DNA from: Candidatus Uhrbacteria bacterium
Lineage (GTDB): Bacteria > Patescibacteriota > Patescibacteriia > UBA9934
NCBI GenBank assembly: GCA_018664485.1
Contig: JABJOE010000002.1
Span: 11,896-75,895 of the forward strand
Direction of reading: 5' to 3'
Length of the DNA stretch: 64,000 nucleotides
Shown here: positions 1-10,193 of the stretch, in pieces
Position numbering within the stretch: position 1 is the stretch's first letter
How the letters are laid out: every line of letters begins with the position of its first letter
Program-made: the position numbers and the translations under genes
Notes under the pieces: generated by a model
Seen by the model: the letters and a program-made list of their open reading frames with translations, nothing else
Told to the model about the DNA's origin: nothing
The model's database searches: none

Positions 1-1
1 A

Positions 2-229
2 CAAACCTGTCAGAGCAAACCTTGGAGTAGTATGCATCACTTTCTTGGTTTCATGATCCTTGCAGCGTGTTCTGCAGATCAGATGAACTCCACGAAAACC
101 CTAAACGAAGTGGAGATATTTGAAGCATCCCCAATCCAGATAATCACAATACTCCTTCTGACCTTCACCGCACTCACTTCGTTCGTTCGGGTTCTCTTGG
201 CACTGCACAGCTCCAACGACAGCCAATAA
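2..229 (+). CDS. possible 3' end of a gene that begins left of the window
   Basis: The reading frame of ORF 32..229 stays open back to the window edge. The product resembles a small hydrophobic C-terminus, with no recognisable domain. Confidence 0.2.
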   Translation, partial: QTCQSKPWSSMHHFLGFMILAACSADQMNSTKTLNEVEIFEASPIQIITILLLTFTALTSFVRVLLALHSSNDSQ

Positions 230-280
230 TCTTGTACACCTCAACGGCGGCCTTCTCAAGGTCGCCGTTTGTGCATCAAA

Positions 281-310
281 CAAAAAAACCGCCACTCGGC
301 GGTCTTCTTT
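281..310 (-). terminator. Rho-independent terminator downstream of ychF (bidirectional A/T tracts)
   Basis: The GC hairpin accgcc-actc-ggcggt is flanked by caaaaaaa on the + strand and ttttttt on the - strand, immediately 3' of the ychF stop. Confidence 0.6.
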
Positions 311-317
311 ACTCTCT

Positions 318-1394
318 CTAGACGCCTACTCGGAAGTGGCAGACGTCACCATCTTGAACGATGTACTCTTTACCTTCGACACGAAGTTTTCCGGCGTCTC
401 GAGCTTGTGATTCACCACCCAACTCTACAAAATCACTGTATGCAATCACCTCACCTCGTATATATGCTTTTTCAAAATCAGTGTGAATCTTTCCGGCCGC
501 TTGTGGTCCAGTTGATCCAGCTTCTACTGTCCACGCACGAGTCTCCTTCTCACCTGTTGTAAAGAAGCTAATCAAATTCAATGTTTTGTAGCACATGCTG
601 ATCACTCGATCCAAACCAGACTCTTTCCATCCAAGGTCATCTAAGAAAACGCGCATGTCATCTGTGTCTAAAACTGATAACTCTGCCTCAATTTGTGCAG
701 ACACCGGAATAACCATACGGTCCTCACCGAGCGGTGACACCCAATTTGGATCACCGACAGACTCCTCGTTAACATTTACAACGTACAGAATCGGTTTCGT
801 TGTGAGAAGTTGTATATCTTTTAAAACTTCAGTTTCATCTTTTGTGAGATCTGCCTCTCGCGCGAGCGTACCGGCTTCTAGAAGAGATTTATATTTCTTC
901 AAACCGGAAACCTGGTTCATTAAAGTAACATCTTTTGATGCCTGAGCTTTTTTCTCGATTGGATCCAAACGCTTAGTAACTGTTGCAAGGTCTGCGAGCA
1001 TCAATTCCGTCTCAATTACTTCAACATCACGCAATGGGTCCAGAGAGCCATCAACGTGGACAATATCGCTATTCTCAAACGAACGAACGACGTGGGCGAT
1101 CATATCAACCTCACGAATAGTCGCTAAGAACTTATTTCCGAGCCCCTCGCCTTCGCTTGCACCCTTAACTAGGCCTGCAATATCAACAAACTCGATGGCT
1201 GTTGGGATGATTTTTGCTGTTTTTGAGAGGTCAGCAAGAATCTGGAGACGTTCATCTGGAACCTCCACGACACCAACATTTGGCTCGATCGTACAAAACG
1301 GGAAATTGGCACAATCTACCTGCTTTTTGGTTAAAGCGGTAAAAAGGGTCGATTTTCCGACATTTGGCAGTCCTACAATTCCAACTTGAAGCAT
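318..1394 (-). CDS. ychF: ribosome-binding ATPase YchF (Obg-family GTPase)
   Basis: The N-terminal G1 motif is [17 protein letters not shown]. Full-length YchF architecture is present, including the C-terminal TGS-like domain ([15 protein letters not shown]). Confidence 0.9.
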   Translation of the reverse strand: MLQVGIVGLPNVGKSTLFTALTKKQVDCANFPFCTIEPNVGVVEVPDERLQILADLSKTAKIIPTAIEFVDIAGLVKGASEGEGLGNKFLATIREVDMIAHVVRSFENSDIVHVDGSLDPLRDVEVIETELMLADLATVTKRLDPIEKKAQASKDVTLMNQVSGLKKYKSLLEAGTLAREADLTKDETEVLKDIQLLTTKPILYVVNVNEESVGDPNWVSPLGEDRMVIPVSAQIEAELSVLDTDDMRVFLDDLGWKESGLDRVISMCYKTLNLISFFTTGEKETRAWTVEAGSTGPQAAGKIHTDFEKAYIRGEVIAYSDFVELGGESQARDAGKLRVEGKEYIVQDGDVCHFRVGV

Positions 1395-1534
1395 ATGAGG
1401 GTTATAGATTTTATGGAAAACAGGTCAGTCTAGGGACTATAAAGAGAAATACCCCTAATTCTGTCGCATCATAGTAGCTCATGGGAGAAGTTACAAGGCT
1501 TTCACCTATATATAGCAAATATGAGATTCTCGGA

Positions 1535-1563
1535 TTGACAATCTAAGCTTAAAACGGTAAATT
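1535..1563 (+). promoter_or_regulatory. sigma70-like promoter for the 1608 gene (TTGACA-17 nt-TAAATT)
   Basis: TTGACA at 1535-1540 and TAAATT at 1558-1563, about 45 nt upstream of the start codon. Confidence 0.4.
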
Positions 1564-1607
1564 ACCGTCTTCCCTCAAGTCGAGGAGAAGATATCCGAGA
1601 GGAACAC

Positions 1608-2828
1608 ATGACCTACCTTCCAACGATGTTGGCCCTGCTCGGATTCTCTACCGCGCATGCTGCGCGAAACGAGATCCCGGCCGAGCCTACCCCCATCACC
1701 TACACAGTCTTCATTGGCCCGAGCTATGAGCTTCAGGGTCAGCCCACCTTCACCAAGGGCGCCGCAACCTGCGAAGCGCTCGCAAGCCGTTTCGAGTCGG
1801 AAACGAACCCGGCGTCTATCGCCCTGTGCGGTATCGACGCTACGAAAGATGGGATCACTTCTGCACTCTCCGTAACGGTTTCAGCCCTCACGCCACATGA
1901 CAACCTCCTGGTTGTTTATCTGGGTCAGGGTTGGGAGACACAGGGCGGACACTACAAGCTGCTGCCTGCTGACTTCTCCCTTGAAAGTGGGATCGCCGGT
2001 CTCGAAGAATCAAGCATTGATTTCGAGCGTGACTTCAAGTGGACGCTTCGCAATGCATCCAACCAAGGTGGTGAAGTCGTAATCCTGATGGACGCCGTTC
2101 ACTCCGTTCACATTGAGCTCACGCCCTCCGGTGTAGAAGAGGGGGAGCCTTCCGGAATCTTGACGATCGGACCGACTGCAGCCAACTTCAATGATGGCCA
2201 AGATGCAGGGCTGCTGATCGTTTCTGCCACAGGAGGCGAGTACACCATCGATGACGGACTCTTCGGAGGTATCGTTGAAGATTCACTCGCAGGCCAGGCG
2301 GACGAAGACGGAGACGGCAAGCTCACCTTCGGGGAGCTCAAGCTGTTCGTGTTGTCGGAAAGTGCCACAAGGACAAAAGGCCAACAGAAAGGGCTGAGCG
2401 AAGGGCCGTGGATGCTGATGCATGAAGTGCATTTCATGGACCTTCCAGTCCCGAGTGCACCGAAGCGCCAGCGGAGCGGCTTGAATGTCGCGAGTCTGCG
2501 CAAGCCTGCGCTCTACAGCGGCATCGGTCTGTCCGTTGCCGGATGTGGGGTCACGATTGTCGGGCGAGTGATGGCAAACGGTGCCTACGCAGACATGGAC
2601 GCAGGTAACTACAGCGACCGCGACCAATACAACGACCTCGTGGGCACCTACGAAACTGGTGCCGGGCTCTACCCGGTTGGAATCGCAACCTGCACCACGG
2701 GTCTCGTACTCACCGCAACGAGCTTCATTCTCGGAAAAGGGAATGGTGACAAGAAGGTCACCCTCACGCCCGCCGTGACCGGAACCACCGGAGCCAACGC
2801 AACCGTCGGATTCACCGCTCGCTGGTGA
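1608..2828 (+). CDS. secreted EF-hand calcium-binding protein with a possible degenerate caspase-like (C14) core; GC-rich, likely horizontally acquired
   Basis: Signal peptide MTYLPTMLALLGFSTAHA. A canonical EF-hand loop DEDGDGKLTFGE is present. The segments LLVVYLGQGWE and VVILMDAVHS resemble the caspase His and Cys motifs with both catalytic residues replaced. A spot count gives about 58% GC against about 42% in the neighbouring genes. Confidence 0.55.
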   Translation: MTYLPTMLALLGFSTAHAARNEIPAEPTPITYTVFIGPSYELQGQPTFTKGAATCEALASRFESETNPASIALCGIDATKDGITSALSVTVSALTPHDNLLVVYLGQGWETQGGHYKLLPADFSLESGIAGLEESSIDFERDFKWTLRNASNQGGEVVILMDAVHSVHIELTPSGVEEGEPSGILTIGPTAANFNDGQDAGLLIVSATGGEYTIDDGLFGGIVEDSLAGQADEDGDGKLTFGELKLFVLSESATRTKGQQKGLSEGPWMLMHEVHFMDLPVPSAPKRQRSGLNVASLRKPALYSGIGLSVAGCGVTIVGRVMANGAYADMDAGNYSDRDQYNDLVGTYETGAGLYPVGIATCTTGLVLTATSFILGKGNGDKKVTLTPAVTGTTGANATVGFTARW

Positions 2829-2845
2829 CTCCTCGTACAACTTCG

Positions 2846-2875
2846 ATGCCCCGGGTCGCTTGCGACTCGGGGCAT
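2846..2875. terminator. strong GC hairpin between convergent genes (bidirectional terminator)
   Basis: Perfect 8-bp stem atgccccg/cggggcat whose 14-nt loop is itself partly paired; it sits between the 1608..2828 (+) stop and the 2900 (-) stop. Confidence 0.55.
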
Positions 2876-2899
2876 TATTGCACCTATATTTAACTGTCT

Positions 2900-5290
2900 C
2901 TAGTCTTCCGCACCGGCATCATCCACAACCACTTCTTCAACTCCTTCAAGTGGCACAGGAACTTCCTCGGCTGCGGCAATTCCAGCTTCTAGCCTCGCAA
3001 TTTGAGCAAGTACAGTTTCATGACCCGGATTACTTTCCAAAATAGCCAAAAGTGCATCGATAGCTGATTCTTGGTCTCCTAACTCCTCATACACAGCAGC
3101 CAAATACCAATGCGCATTTGCATAGCTTGGTGATAATGCGACAGTACGTTCCAACTCAACTTGTGCAGCGTCGATCTTCCCCTGTCGTAGATAGAGCAGC
3201 CCAAGCTGGAAAGAAACCCCTACATCATAAGGGTTTGCATCGCGCAAAACCACCATCCTATTTATTGCCTCCGACACATTACCGGAACGTTCGTATGCAA
3301 GTGCCAAGTAGTAGTAGGCTATCGCGTAATCGTCTTTAAGAGTAAGTGCATACTCCAAATTTTCAATAGATTCTACCAAGGCCTCGCGACGGCTAGTCTC
3401 GGCCACAGCAGCATACTCCTCATCATCACTTGTTGTGAGTACTGAGAGCTGGTCTGCATGCACAACATATGCACGAGACAACGCAACATAATACTTTGGA
3501 TTATTTGGAGCGAGTTCAATACTCTTTTGATACGCACCAATAGCTAGAACATCTGACCCTGAAATAAGCGGTGCAATCTCTCTATATATATCACCCAACA
3601 ATGTCCAATTGAGTACATTGCTTTCCGAAATATCTACGGCCGTCTGGGCAGCGGTCAGCGATCGTTCAACAGCAGACTGAATTTCACTTGGATGAGCTTC
3701 GTTATCTGACACCACTTCAACGGTCTTTGCCAAATATGCCTGCGCTAAATTCCGTTGATAGACATCGCTCCAACGATTCAACCGCACAGCATTATCTAGC
3801 TGCACAATCACTTCATCAGTTGTAGCTCCTTGCTCACTTAATGACACCGCTTTACCGAAAGCAACCTCCGCCCCATAGCGTGCACCTGACACGAATAGCA
3901 TGGTCAACAGAAGAACGTTCGTTATCACAAAACCGAATGTTGTGAGCAGTGCTGTTCTCGATGATTTCGAGAACGTAAATGTTTTTTCCTTCAAAATAAC
4001 CTGGCTTACCAAAATTGCCGTAAGCAGCCAGAACACAAATGATAACGTCATATTGCTCACATAGAAAAACTGAGCAAAGACACTCAACGTCCAACCACCA
4101 AATGTAACAAATGTCATTTTCCACTCATCATCACTTTGGTTTTGAACCATCAATCGCATTAGCGCCATTGCAGCCAACCAAAGCACCATCAATAAGTATA
4201 GTGCAACCGGTATTACGCCGAGTGTTGAGGTCATTGTTAGAATGTGGCTTGAACTTCGATCAAATTGTTGATCCCAAACAAGTGTTTCGTTGATTTCCGG
4301 CGAATGATACTGAGCGTAATCCATTACGAATGTTCCAGGCCCAGATCCAAATGCCCATGATTCGTTTTGCAATGTTTGCTTTGTTATGTCCCAGCTATAT
4401 TGATGAGAAATGCTCAATTCCGATGCAAATCCATTTGGCACAACGCTCGGAAGGAATAGGAAGAGCAGTGCAATGACAAATAATGCCATTGGGATTACAA
4501 ACCTACCAACTTGTGGGAATTCTTTGATCCGCAAAAGCGCAAACGAGAACAACAGTCCGGTACCTATCAACAACATCGCCCAGAACAGCCAGTAATCAAG
4601 TGCTAGCAAAATAATCGTTGATCCGATAATCGTAATAAGCATTGATAGACGTACGGCCCCACCCACAAAACCATCAGGCAAAATTCGTCTTTTCGCTGTT
4701 CGGTCATCAACTAACCACACGCTCGCAGATAGAACCGTCATTATTGATAGATATGCGCCCATTGCATAGGGAGTCCCGACTACTTCAATTGCACTCCATG
4801 AAAAGAACTGTACGAAAGATAAAACTGTAACAATCGCTGAGCTTAAAAACAGCGCACTCCACACACGTCGCTGAGTTACGGTTTCAGGTAACGTATGCGC
4901 ACCAATTGCCATCAATGCACAAAACGAAATTAATGAAATAACGCTTGTATACTCTTGCCCCGCATGACCAACCCAGCTTGTAAACGGCGCAATAGAGAAA
5001 ACGGCAGACACAACAACACCCACAACGAATGCAATTAGAAGCCACCACCATATGTGGGACCTTACTTCTGCTTTTCGCTCAACTACCATCGCGCCTAACC
5101 ATGCGATCATCGCAAGTGAGCTTCCTAAAATAAGAAGTGTTTGCTTGTTGATCTCGAGTGCATCGAGCGTCCACGGAAGCGCAAGAAGAGGGATCGCAAA
5201 TGTGAGTAAATAAAACAATCCGCGTGCTGCAGATCTGTACCACTGCGCAAGGCGGACCGTTTGTTTTGTTTGAGAGTTCATAGAACTCAT
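2900..5290 (-). CDS. O-antigen ligase (WaaL/RfaL-like) polytopic membrane protein fused to C-terminal TPR repeats
   Basis: About 12 transmembrane helices with the large periplasmic loop typical of Wzy_C/O-antigen-ligase proteins. The C-terminal roughly 300 aa carry repeated TPR-like motifs (AYYYLALAYERSGNVSEAI, AHWYLAAVYEELGDQESAI). Confidence 0.65.
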   Translation of the reverse strand: MSSMNSQTKQTVRLAQWYRSAARGLFYLLTFAIPLLALPWTLDALEINKQTLLILGSSLAMIAWLGAMVVERKAEVRSHIWWWLLIAFVVGVVVSAVFSIAPFTSWVGHAGQEYTSVISLISFCALMAIGAHTLPETVTQRRVWSALFLSSAIVTVLSFVQFFSWSAIEVVGTPYAMGAYLSIMTVLSASVWLVDDRTAKRRILPDGFVGGAVRLSMLITIIGSTIILLALDYWLFWAMLLIGTGLLFSFALLRIKEFPQVGRFVIPMALFVIALLFLFLPSVVPNGFASELSISHQYSWDITKQTLQNESWAFGSGPGTFVMDYAQYHSPEINETLVWDQQFDRSSSHILTMTSTLGVIPVALYLLMVLWLAAMALMRLMVQNQSDDEWKMTFVTFGGWTLSVFAQFFYVSNMTLSFVFWLLTAILVSQVILKEKTFTFSKSSRTALLTTFGFVITNVLLLTMLFVSGARYGAEVAFGKAVSLSEQGATTDEVIVQLDNAVRLNRWSDVYQRNLAQAYLAKTVEVVSDNEAHPSEIQSAVERSLTAAQTAVDISESNVLNWTLLGDIYREIAPLISGSDVLAIGAYQKSIELAPNNPKYYVALSRAYVVHADQLSVLTTSDDEEYAAVAETSRREALVESIENLEYALTLKDDYAIAYYYLALAYERSGNVSEAINRMVVLRDANPYDVGVSFQLGLLYLRQGKIDAAQVELERTVALSPSYANAHWYLAAVYEELGDQESAIDALLAILESNPGHETVLAQIARLEAGIAAAEEVPVPLEGVEEVVVDDAGAED

Positions 5291-5301
5291 TCTATCACAA
5301 T

Positions 5302-8300
5302 CTATACTGTCTCGTCGTCGATATCACCCTCTAACTCGCTACTCGTATCTGCAATTTCTTGCTCATCGTCTACGGTGTCGGCGTCTACATCATCCTGCGC
5401 AACCTCCGTGACTTCATCTTGCACATCATCAACCTGAACGTCGGACTCCTCTTCTTCCTCAGAGACAACTTCTTCTTCGACTACATCTTCTTCGATTAAT
5501 TCCTCTTCAACAGCTTCCTCAACTATCTCTTCTTCCTGCTCGTCCTCAACTATTTCCTCAACCTCTTCCTCGTCCGTTGTCTCATCAATATCTTCTACAG
5601 AATCGACTATCTCTTCTTGCTCATCGTCGTTATCCTCATCCTCGGCCTCGTCTGTATCGACCGCCTCTGCCGCGTCATCACTGTCGTCAACTTCTGAGTC
5701 TGTGCCATCAAGTTGTTCGCTCTGACTGTCTTCCTCATCAATCTCCTCTTCCTCTTCAGGCTGTTCATCGTCAGTTTCCTCAGGCGCGTGATCTTTCAAA
5801 TATGCAATAACCATCCAATCAACAGTTGCAGTTGATCGAACTTCATCAATCGCCGACTCTCGAATGCTAAATCCTTCATTGTCACGATTAACAGCGTAAA
5901 GTGGACCGGTTGGCTGATCAGCCGTTAGGAAAACTCGATATGAAACGCCCTGAGCAATAATGTCGTTAAAGAGTGCGTCTTCAAATTCAAAGTTAACTGC
6001 AGCCGCACCATCTTTCAGATTTGCAGTTCCGGATAACTCAACTGTTTGCTGTCGAGAGAATGTCGCATATGTCTCCACATCTTCATTCTGATATGACCGA
6101 ACAACCTGCACCACGGCACCATTCGTTGTAATAGTTCCGTCTTGCGCGATGGACCATTGCTGACCAACTCCTGTGATTGCAGCGATGTTAATGATCTGAC
6201 CGGTGTTGAAATTAACCGTTCCAGACAGATCTAATGTTGATGCGTTGGCAAGATTTGAGATCAAACTGTCGGCAAGTGGCGCCTCGTCAACCGGACCGCC
6301 GTCATAATAGGAAGGTCGGACAAATACACTCACCGAACCTACCTCTCCTTGGAATGCTTCCATAGCGTAACCGAGAATTGGTCCCGCCTCCGTTGCTTTC
6401 ATTGCGTAACCGTCTTTACTTGAAGTTGTAAGTGGATCTCCGATTGAGATATCTCCATTTTCACCTGACACATAAGTTGGTACACGACCAGAAAGTGCTA
6501 CCGGTACATGGCCCTCAATATTCTCACCCGCCAAGAACCCAGGTTGTGTTGAAATGATACCTGCGATCCGTTGATCATATGTTATTCCGGTCGATCGCAT
6601 TACGTGCTCATCGTCATTTGCAAAGACAACTACTTCTCCCGGAGCAAGCGTCTGCGCTGACGGGAACATCTCTGCAAAGTCATATGATCCAGCACCCCAA
6701 CCAGAAGCATTGGTACGCATGAAGTCTCCACCAGCACCTGACGATCCGTCGTAGTAAATGTATGTATCAGTTTGAAGTGTTCCGCGGTCAGATGGGTACA
6801 GTCGACCAGCGATTGCCAGATCTCCATCGTTATTTACGAAAGCAACTTCATCCTCATCGTCATTTAATATAGAAAGTTTGTAGTCACTACTGTCAGTGAC
6901 ATCTGTAAACATACTCATTCCAATTGTACTATCGGTATCGCCCAACATTGTAAGCGCTGATGAGATAGCTACGTCCCCGTCATCGTCAGAAATGATTCCG
7001 ACACCATGCCATCCTGGCTGAATGAATACCTGGATCAATCCGGTACCTGAGCTATGAGCTTCAAGCGCACGACCAATCGTGTATCCGACTCCTGTAGCTT
7101 TCATTGCAACTCCGTTTACCGATGATAGCGCTACGTAATCACCTATCGAGATTGACCCACCGTCAGTATTTACGTTGACCGGAACCTGTCCTAGAAGAGC
7201 TACAGGTACATACCCGCCGTCATCTTGCCAATTGTCTGTCCAGTTACCAAGTGTATTTGGATTTACAGATAAAACACCAATCACCCCCGAAGGATCATTT
7301 GCAACAACAGCTTCTCCAGATGAGGTTAGAGAAATTACATCACCTCTGACGAAATCTGCGTATGTCCCATCAAATAACTCGGCGTAATCAGACCCTGCAG
7401 ACGCAGCGGTCACCCCTCCAGACCCATCACCCTCGATGGCTCCGATAGGTGTACCTGTAGCATCTCGAAATTCAATATAATCACAGGCAGTTGTCGGAGT
7501 GCTTCCCGATGCTGTAGAACAGGCTTGAATAGAAATTCCCTGCCTATTATCGTTATCGCCCCCATTTACAAATGACGCCATGAATGTACTTGTACTCGCG
7601 TCAACTACAAGTACCTGTGAAGAGCTCGTTCCGGCTCCATTAATTTCAAAGGCGTCCCACACAAATAGATCACCAGCTCCAGTCGCCACGTTTGCGGTAG
7701 TAGGAGTAGAGGTGGACTCGATGTGAGTTGCAGAGCCATAGAAATATCCGGCATAGTTATTCGTTCCTGCACTCGCCTGACCACGTACACCGTAACGAGT
7801 TGTCCCTTCAGTATTTGAACTAAAGTCTCCACCCATAGTTGTAGTCGCTGTTCCAGAACCTGCTGTAACATTTCCAAGCACACCTTTAGCCGTTGTAATC
7901 ACACCATTGAGTGGGATCACCTGACCGTGCACACCAATTACATTTCCAACCGTCGTAGCTGCAGCATCATTCGTTCCCTGCCCTAAAACACCAACAACCC
8001 TGTTGCCTACAGCAGTTCCGTTAGTGGACTGGTTTTCAGATACACCTTTGATCGCATACATCTCTTCGATCTGTCCGGATGATGACGTGTTAACCACCTC
8101 AGACAAAAAACCAATAGGCTCATGTAATTCTCCTCCACCACCTTCACTTACGTCTGACACAAGTCTGACATGTGACCCTACTGCCTGATACGTACCGGCA
8201 CCTCCACTTGCACCAGCAGATACGGTTCCTGAGGTATCAAATGCATACGTAACCCCTGGTGACGCTCCATAATCTGGCGCTGCAAAGTGCTCTATATTAC

Positions 8301-10182
8301 CTCCCTGGAAGCTCCATCTGTCTGCTGTCGTATATGAAATTGAACCCGTATCCCCTGCACTCGAGTACATATTAAAATCTGCGCTAGTACCCGCACCGTC
8401 ACCAAGACGCATCAAATTTGCAGACTCATCAATCGAAAATGCTGATGCCAAAACCGATGCACCTACAGAAAAATCATCAGTTGACGCGGTCGATACAAGT
8501 CCTGACCCTGAATTCAATGTTAAATTCCCACTTCCGCCAGATAGAACTTCCAGTGCTCCAGTAGACGCAAAAGTTGTATCATCGATAGTTAAAGTTCCGC
8601 TTGAATTTATTGTTAGAGCATCTCCTCCATCACCAATAATAGTTGCCTGATCAAAAGTTAGATCACCACCATCGATATCCAGAAGCATGTCGCCTGTAGT
8701 CTGGATCTCACCATCCATATAGTTTGTTGAGAAAGCTCCAGCCGTAAATCCAATATCTGAGAACACCTCTCCGTCAGCCTCAATGCGGAACACGTTATTA
8801 TCAGTAGATCCGAAGTTTGTTTGGATATTAAAAATGTCTGCCGTATCAGTTGTTTCAGTTACATCAATAGACAATGCCATTCCCGCATCATTAGTAAAGT
8901 TCCCACCAACCAGATCCAAAATATTACCGGCAGTTAGCACGTCTGCTGTAATAACGGCAGCACTAGCAGTAGTCGCCTCGGAATCAATATCAAAGGCAGG
9001 TGCCGTCGCTGTATTGCTATCGATCAATAGCACTGACCCTGTTGCCGCAGTATTATTCTGAGTAATAGCAAGCAATGACCCTGTTTCATTTAGAGTTCCA
9101 CCGTTCGCAGTAGTACTCGCTCCTAAAATCGATACAAACGGACCAGATACATTTACAGTGGTAGAACCACCGTCTGACGTTAGATCGCGTACAATATCCA
9201 ACCCCATTCCAGTATATGCAGTTGTACCGGATGTATATGTCGCTGAATGATCTGCGCGTATCAATTTTCCGGAAGTAAGAGCAGAAGACGTCGAACCAAC
9301 ATCGATACCAATACCCGTTGTGAGCGCATCGAGCGACCAGCTCATTGCAGTCGCAGTTGTCAGACTATCTGCCAACAAAGCGATAGCTGGAGCAGTAGTT
9401 CCATTGTATGTGTATTGAATCTGTCTTGAGTCGTTTATATTCAGGAACTCCGTACCTGCATCCTGCAAAATAAAATCTCCAGTACTTTGAAGGTCGACTA
9501 TAAGATCAAGCCCGGCTCCATCTAGTGAAAACTCTAAATCAGTCGCATCAACATTCAAAATGGTGTCGCTACCGTTACTATAAACTTGGTCTAAATTAAA
9601 GTCTGCAGAGCTTAGACCATCAAGAGATTCGGCATTCAGCGCGTATGGAACGGAGTCAACCGCCTTTCTTGGCGTAAGAGTCTCACCTCCAATATAAATC
9701 TGTAAAAACGTAGATGCGTTGTCAGCGAATATCGAATCACCAATCGCAGCCCACGGTGAAGCATCACCAGTGTCACCCATTCGTGCAGTAAACAATCCGT
9801 CAGTAAGCGTTACGGTTCGAGCAGTCGTAGATGCTGGTGTGTCCGAGTCACAAGTAGCTGAAGAGTTTGACCAAAGACAAGTTCCACCCGTAACTGCAGA
9901 GTAAATCTCGAACTTCATGCTAGCGGTTGCATCTGTAACTGGCACACCATTAGAATCAAGAACTCTTCCCTGATATGAAACTGTATTTGGAGGTGAAACA
10001 GCTTGAGCGTCCTGAGGGCCATTAAACGTTACCCCAAACCCCATTGAAATCCCAAGCAACATCACAAGCAATGCTGTGATGCGCGTAAACATCTGTCGTA
10101 ATGATTTCACTCTGTAACTACTCATAAGGTTGGGACTTGGTCCCGCGTGGGCTGATACCCACACGTCTGATTTCTCAGACAT
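5302..10182 (-). CDS. giant (1626 aa) secreted/surface protein, Thr/Ser/Gly-rich beta-rich body with internal repeats and a poly-acidic tail of roughly 190 aa (D/E-rich)
   Basis: N-terminal signal/anchor (alternative start M20 at 10125: MSSYRVKSLRQMFTRITALLVMLLGISMG). Two internal repeats of about 60 aa are present (GQVPVNVNTDGGSISIGDYVAL..AMKATGVGYTIGRALEAH and GRVPTYVSGENGDISIGDPLTT..AMKATEAGPILGYAMEAF). The C-terminus is almost pure D/E (EEEEEIDEEDSQ...DDETV). Confidence 0.7.
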   Translation of the reverse strand: MSEKSDVWVSAHAGPSPNLMSSYRVKSLRQMFTRITALLVMLLGISMGFGVTFNGPQDAQAVSPPNTVSYQGRVLDSNGVPVTDATASMKFEIYSAVTGGTCLWSNSSATCDSDTPASTTARTVTLTDGLFTARMGDTGDASPWAAIGDSIFADNASTFLQIYIGGETLTPRKAVDSVPYALNAESLDGLSSADFNLDQVYSNGSDTILNVDATDLEFSLDGAGLDLIVDLQSTGDFILQDAGTEFLNINDSRQIQYTYNGTTAPAIALLADSLTTATAMSWSLDALTTGIGIDVGSTSSALTSGKLIRADHSATYTSGTTAYTGMGLDIVRDLTSDGGSTTVNVSGPFVSILGASTTANGGTLNETGSLLAITQNNTAATGSVLLIDSNTATAPAFDIDSEATTASAAVITADVLTAGNILDLVGGNFTNDAGMALSIDVTETTDTADIFNIQTNFGSTDNNVFRIEADGEVFSDIGFTAGAFSTNYMDGEIQTTGDMLLDIDGGDLTFDQATIIGDGGDALTINSSGTLTIDDTTFASTGALEVLSGGSGNLTLNSGSGLVSTASTDDFSVGASVLASAFSIDESANLMRLGDGAGTSADFNMYSSAGDTGSISYTTADRWSFQGGNIEHFAAPDYGASPGVTYAFDTSGTVSAGASGGAGTYQAVGSHVRLVSDVSEGGGGELHEPIGFLSEVVNTSSSGQIEEMYAIKGVSENQSTNGTAVGNRVVGVLGQGTNDAAATTVGNVIGVHGQVIPLNGVITTAKGVLGNVTAGSGTATTTMGGDFSSNTEGTTRYGVRGQASAGTNNYAGYFYGSATHIESTSTPTTANVATGAGDLFVWDAFEINGAGTSSSQVLVVDASTSTFMASFVNGGDNDNRQGISIQACSTASGSTPTTACDYIEFRDATGTPIGAIEGDGSGGVTAASAGSDYAELFDGTYADFVRGDVISLTSSGEAVVANDPSGVIGVLSVNPNTLGNWTDNWQDDGGYVPVALLGQVPVNVNTDGGSISIGDYVALSSVNGVAMKATGVGYTIGRALEAHSSGTGLIQVFIQPGWHGVGIISDDDGDVAISSALTMLGDTDSTIGMSMFTDVTDSSDYKLSILNDDEDEVAFVNNDGDLAIAGRLYPSDRGTLQTDTYIYYDGSSGAGGDFMRTNASGWGAGSYDFAEMFPSAQTLAPGEVVVFANDDEHVMRSTGITYDQRIAGIISTQPGFLAGENIEGHVPVALSGRVPTYVSGENGDISIGDPLTTSSKDGYAMKATEAGPILGYAMEAFQGEVGSVSVFVRPSYYDGGPVDEAPLADSLISNLANASTLDLSGTVNFNTGQIINIAAITGVGQQWSIAQDGTITTNGAVVQVVRSYQNEDVETYATFSRQQTVELSGTANLKDGAAAVNFEFEDALFNDIIAQGVSYRVFLTADQPTGPLYAVNRDNEGFSIRESAIDEVRSTATVDWMVIAYLKDHAPEETDDEQPEEEEEIDEEDSQSEQLDGTDSEVDDSDDAAEAVDTDEAEDEDNDDEQEEIVDSVEDIDETTDEEEVEEIVEDEQEEEIVEEAVEEELIEEDVVEEEVVSEEEEESDVQVDDVQDEVTEVAQDDVDADTVDDEQEIADTSSELEGDIDDETV

Positions 10183-10193
10183 GTGCTCACCAA

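Noticed and set aside
595-945. 116-aa + strand ORF and the 64-aa ORF at 1195-1389
   Set aside because: Both lie antisense within ychF, which has unambiguous homology on the minus strand.
2108-2875. Minus-strand ORFs (131, 185 and 68 aa) inside the 1608..2828 gene
   Set aside because: Antisense frames of a GC-rich gene with no motifs; the + frame carries the signal peptide and EF-hand.
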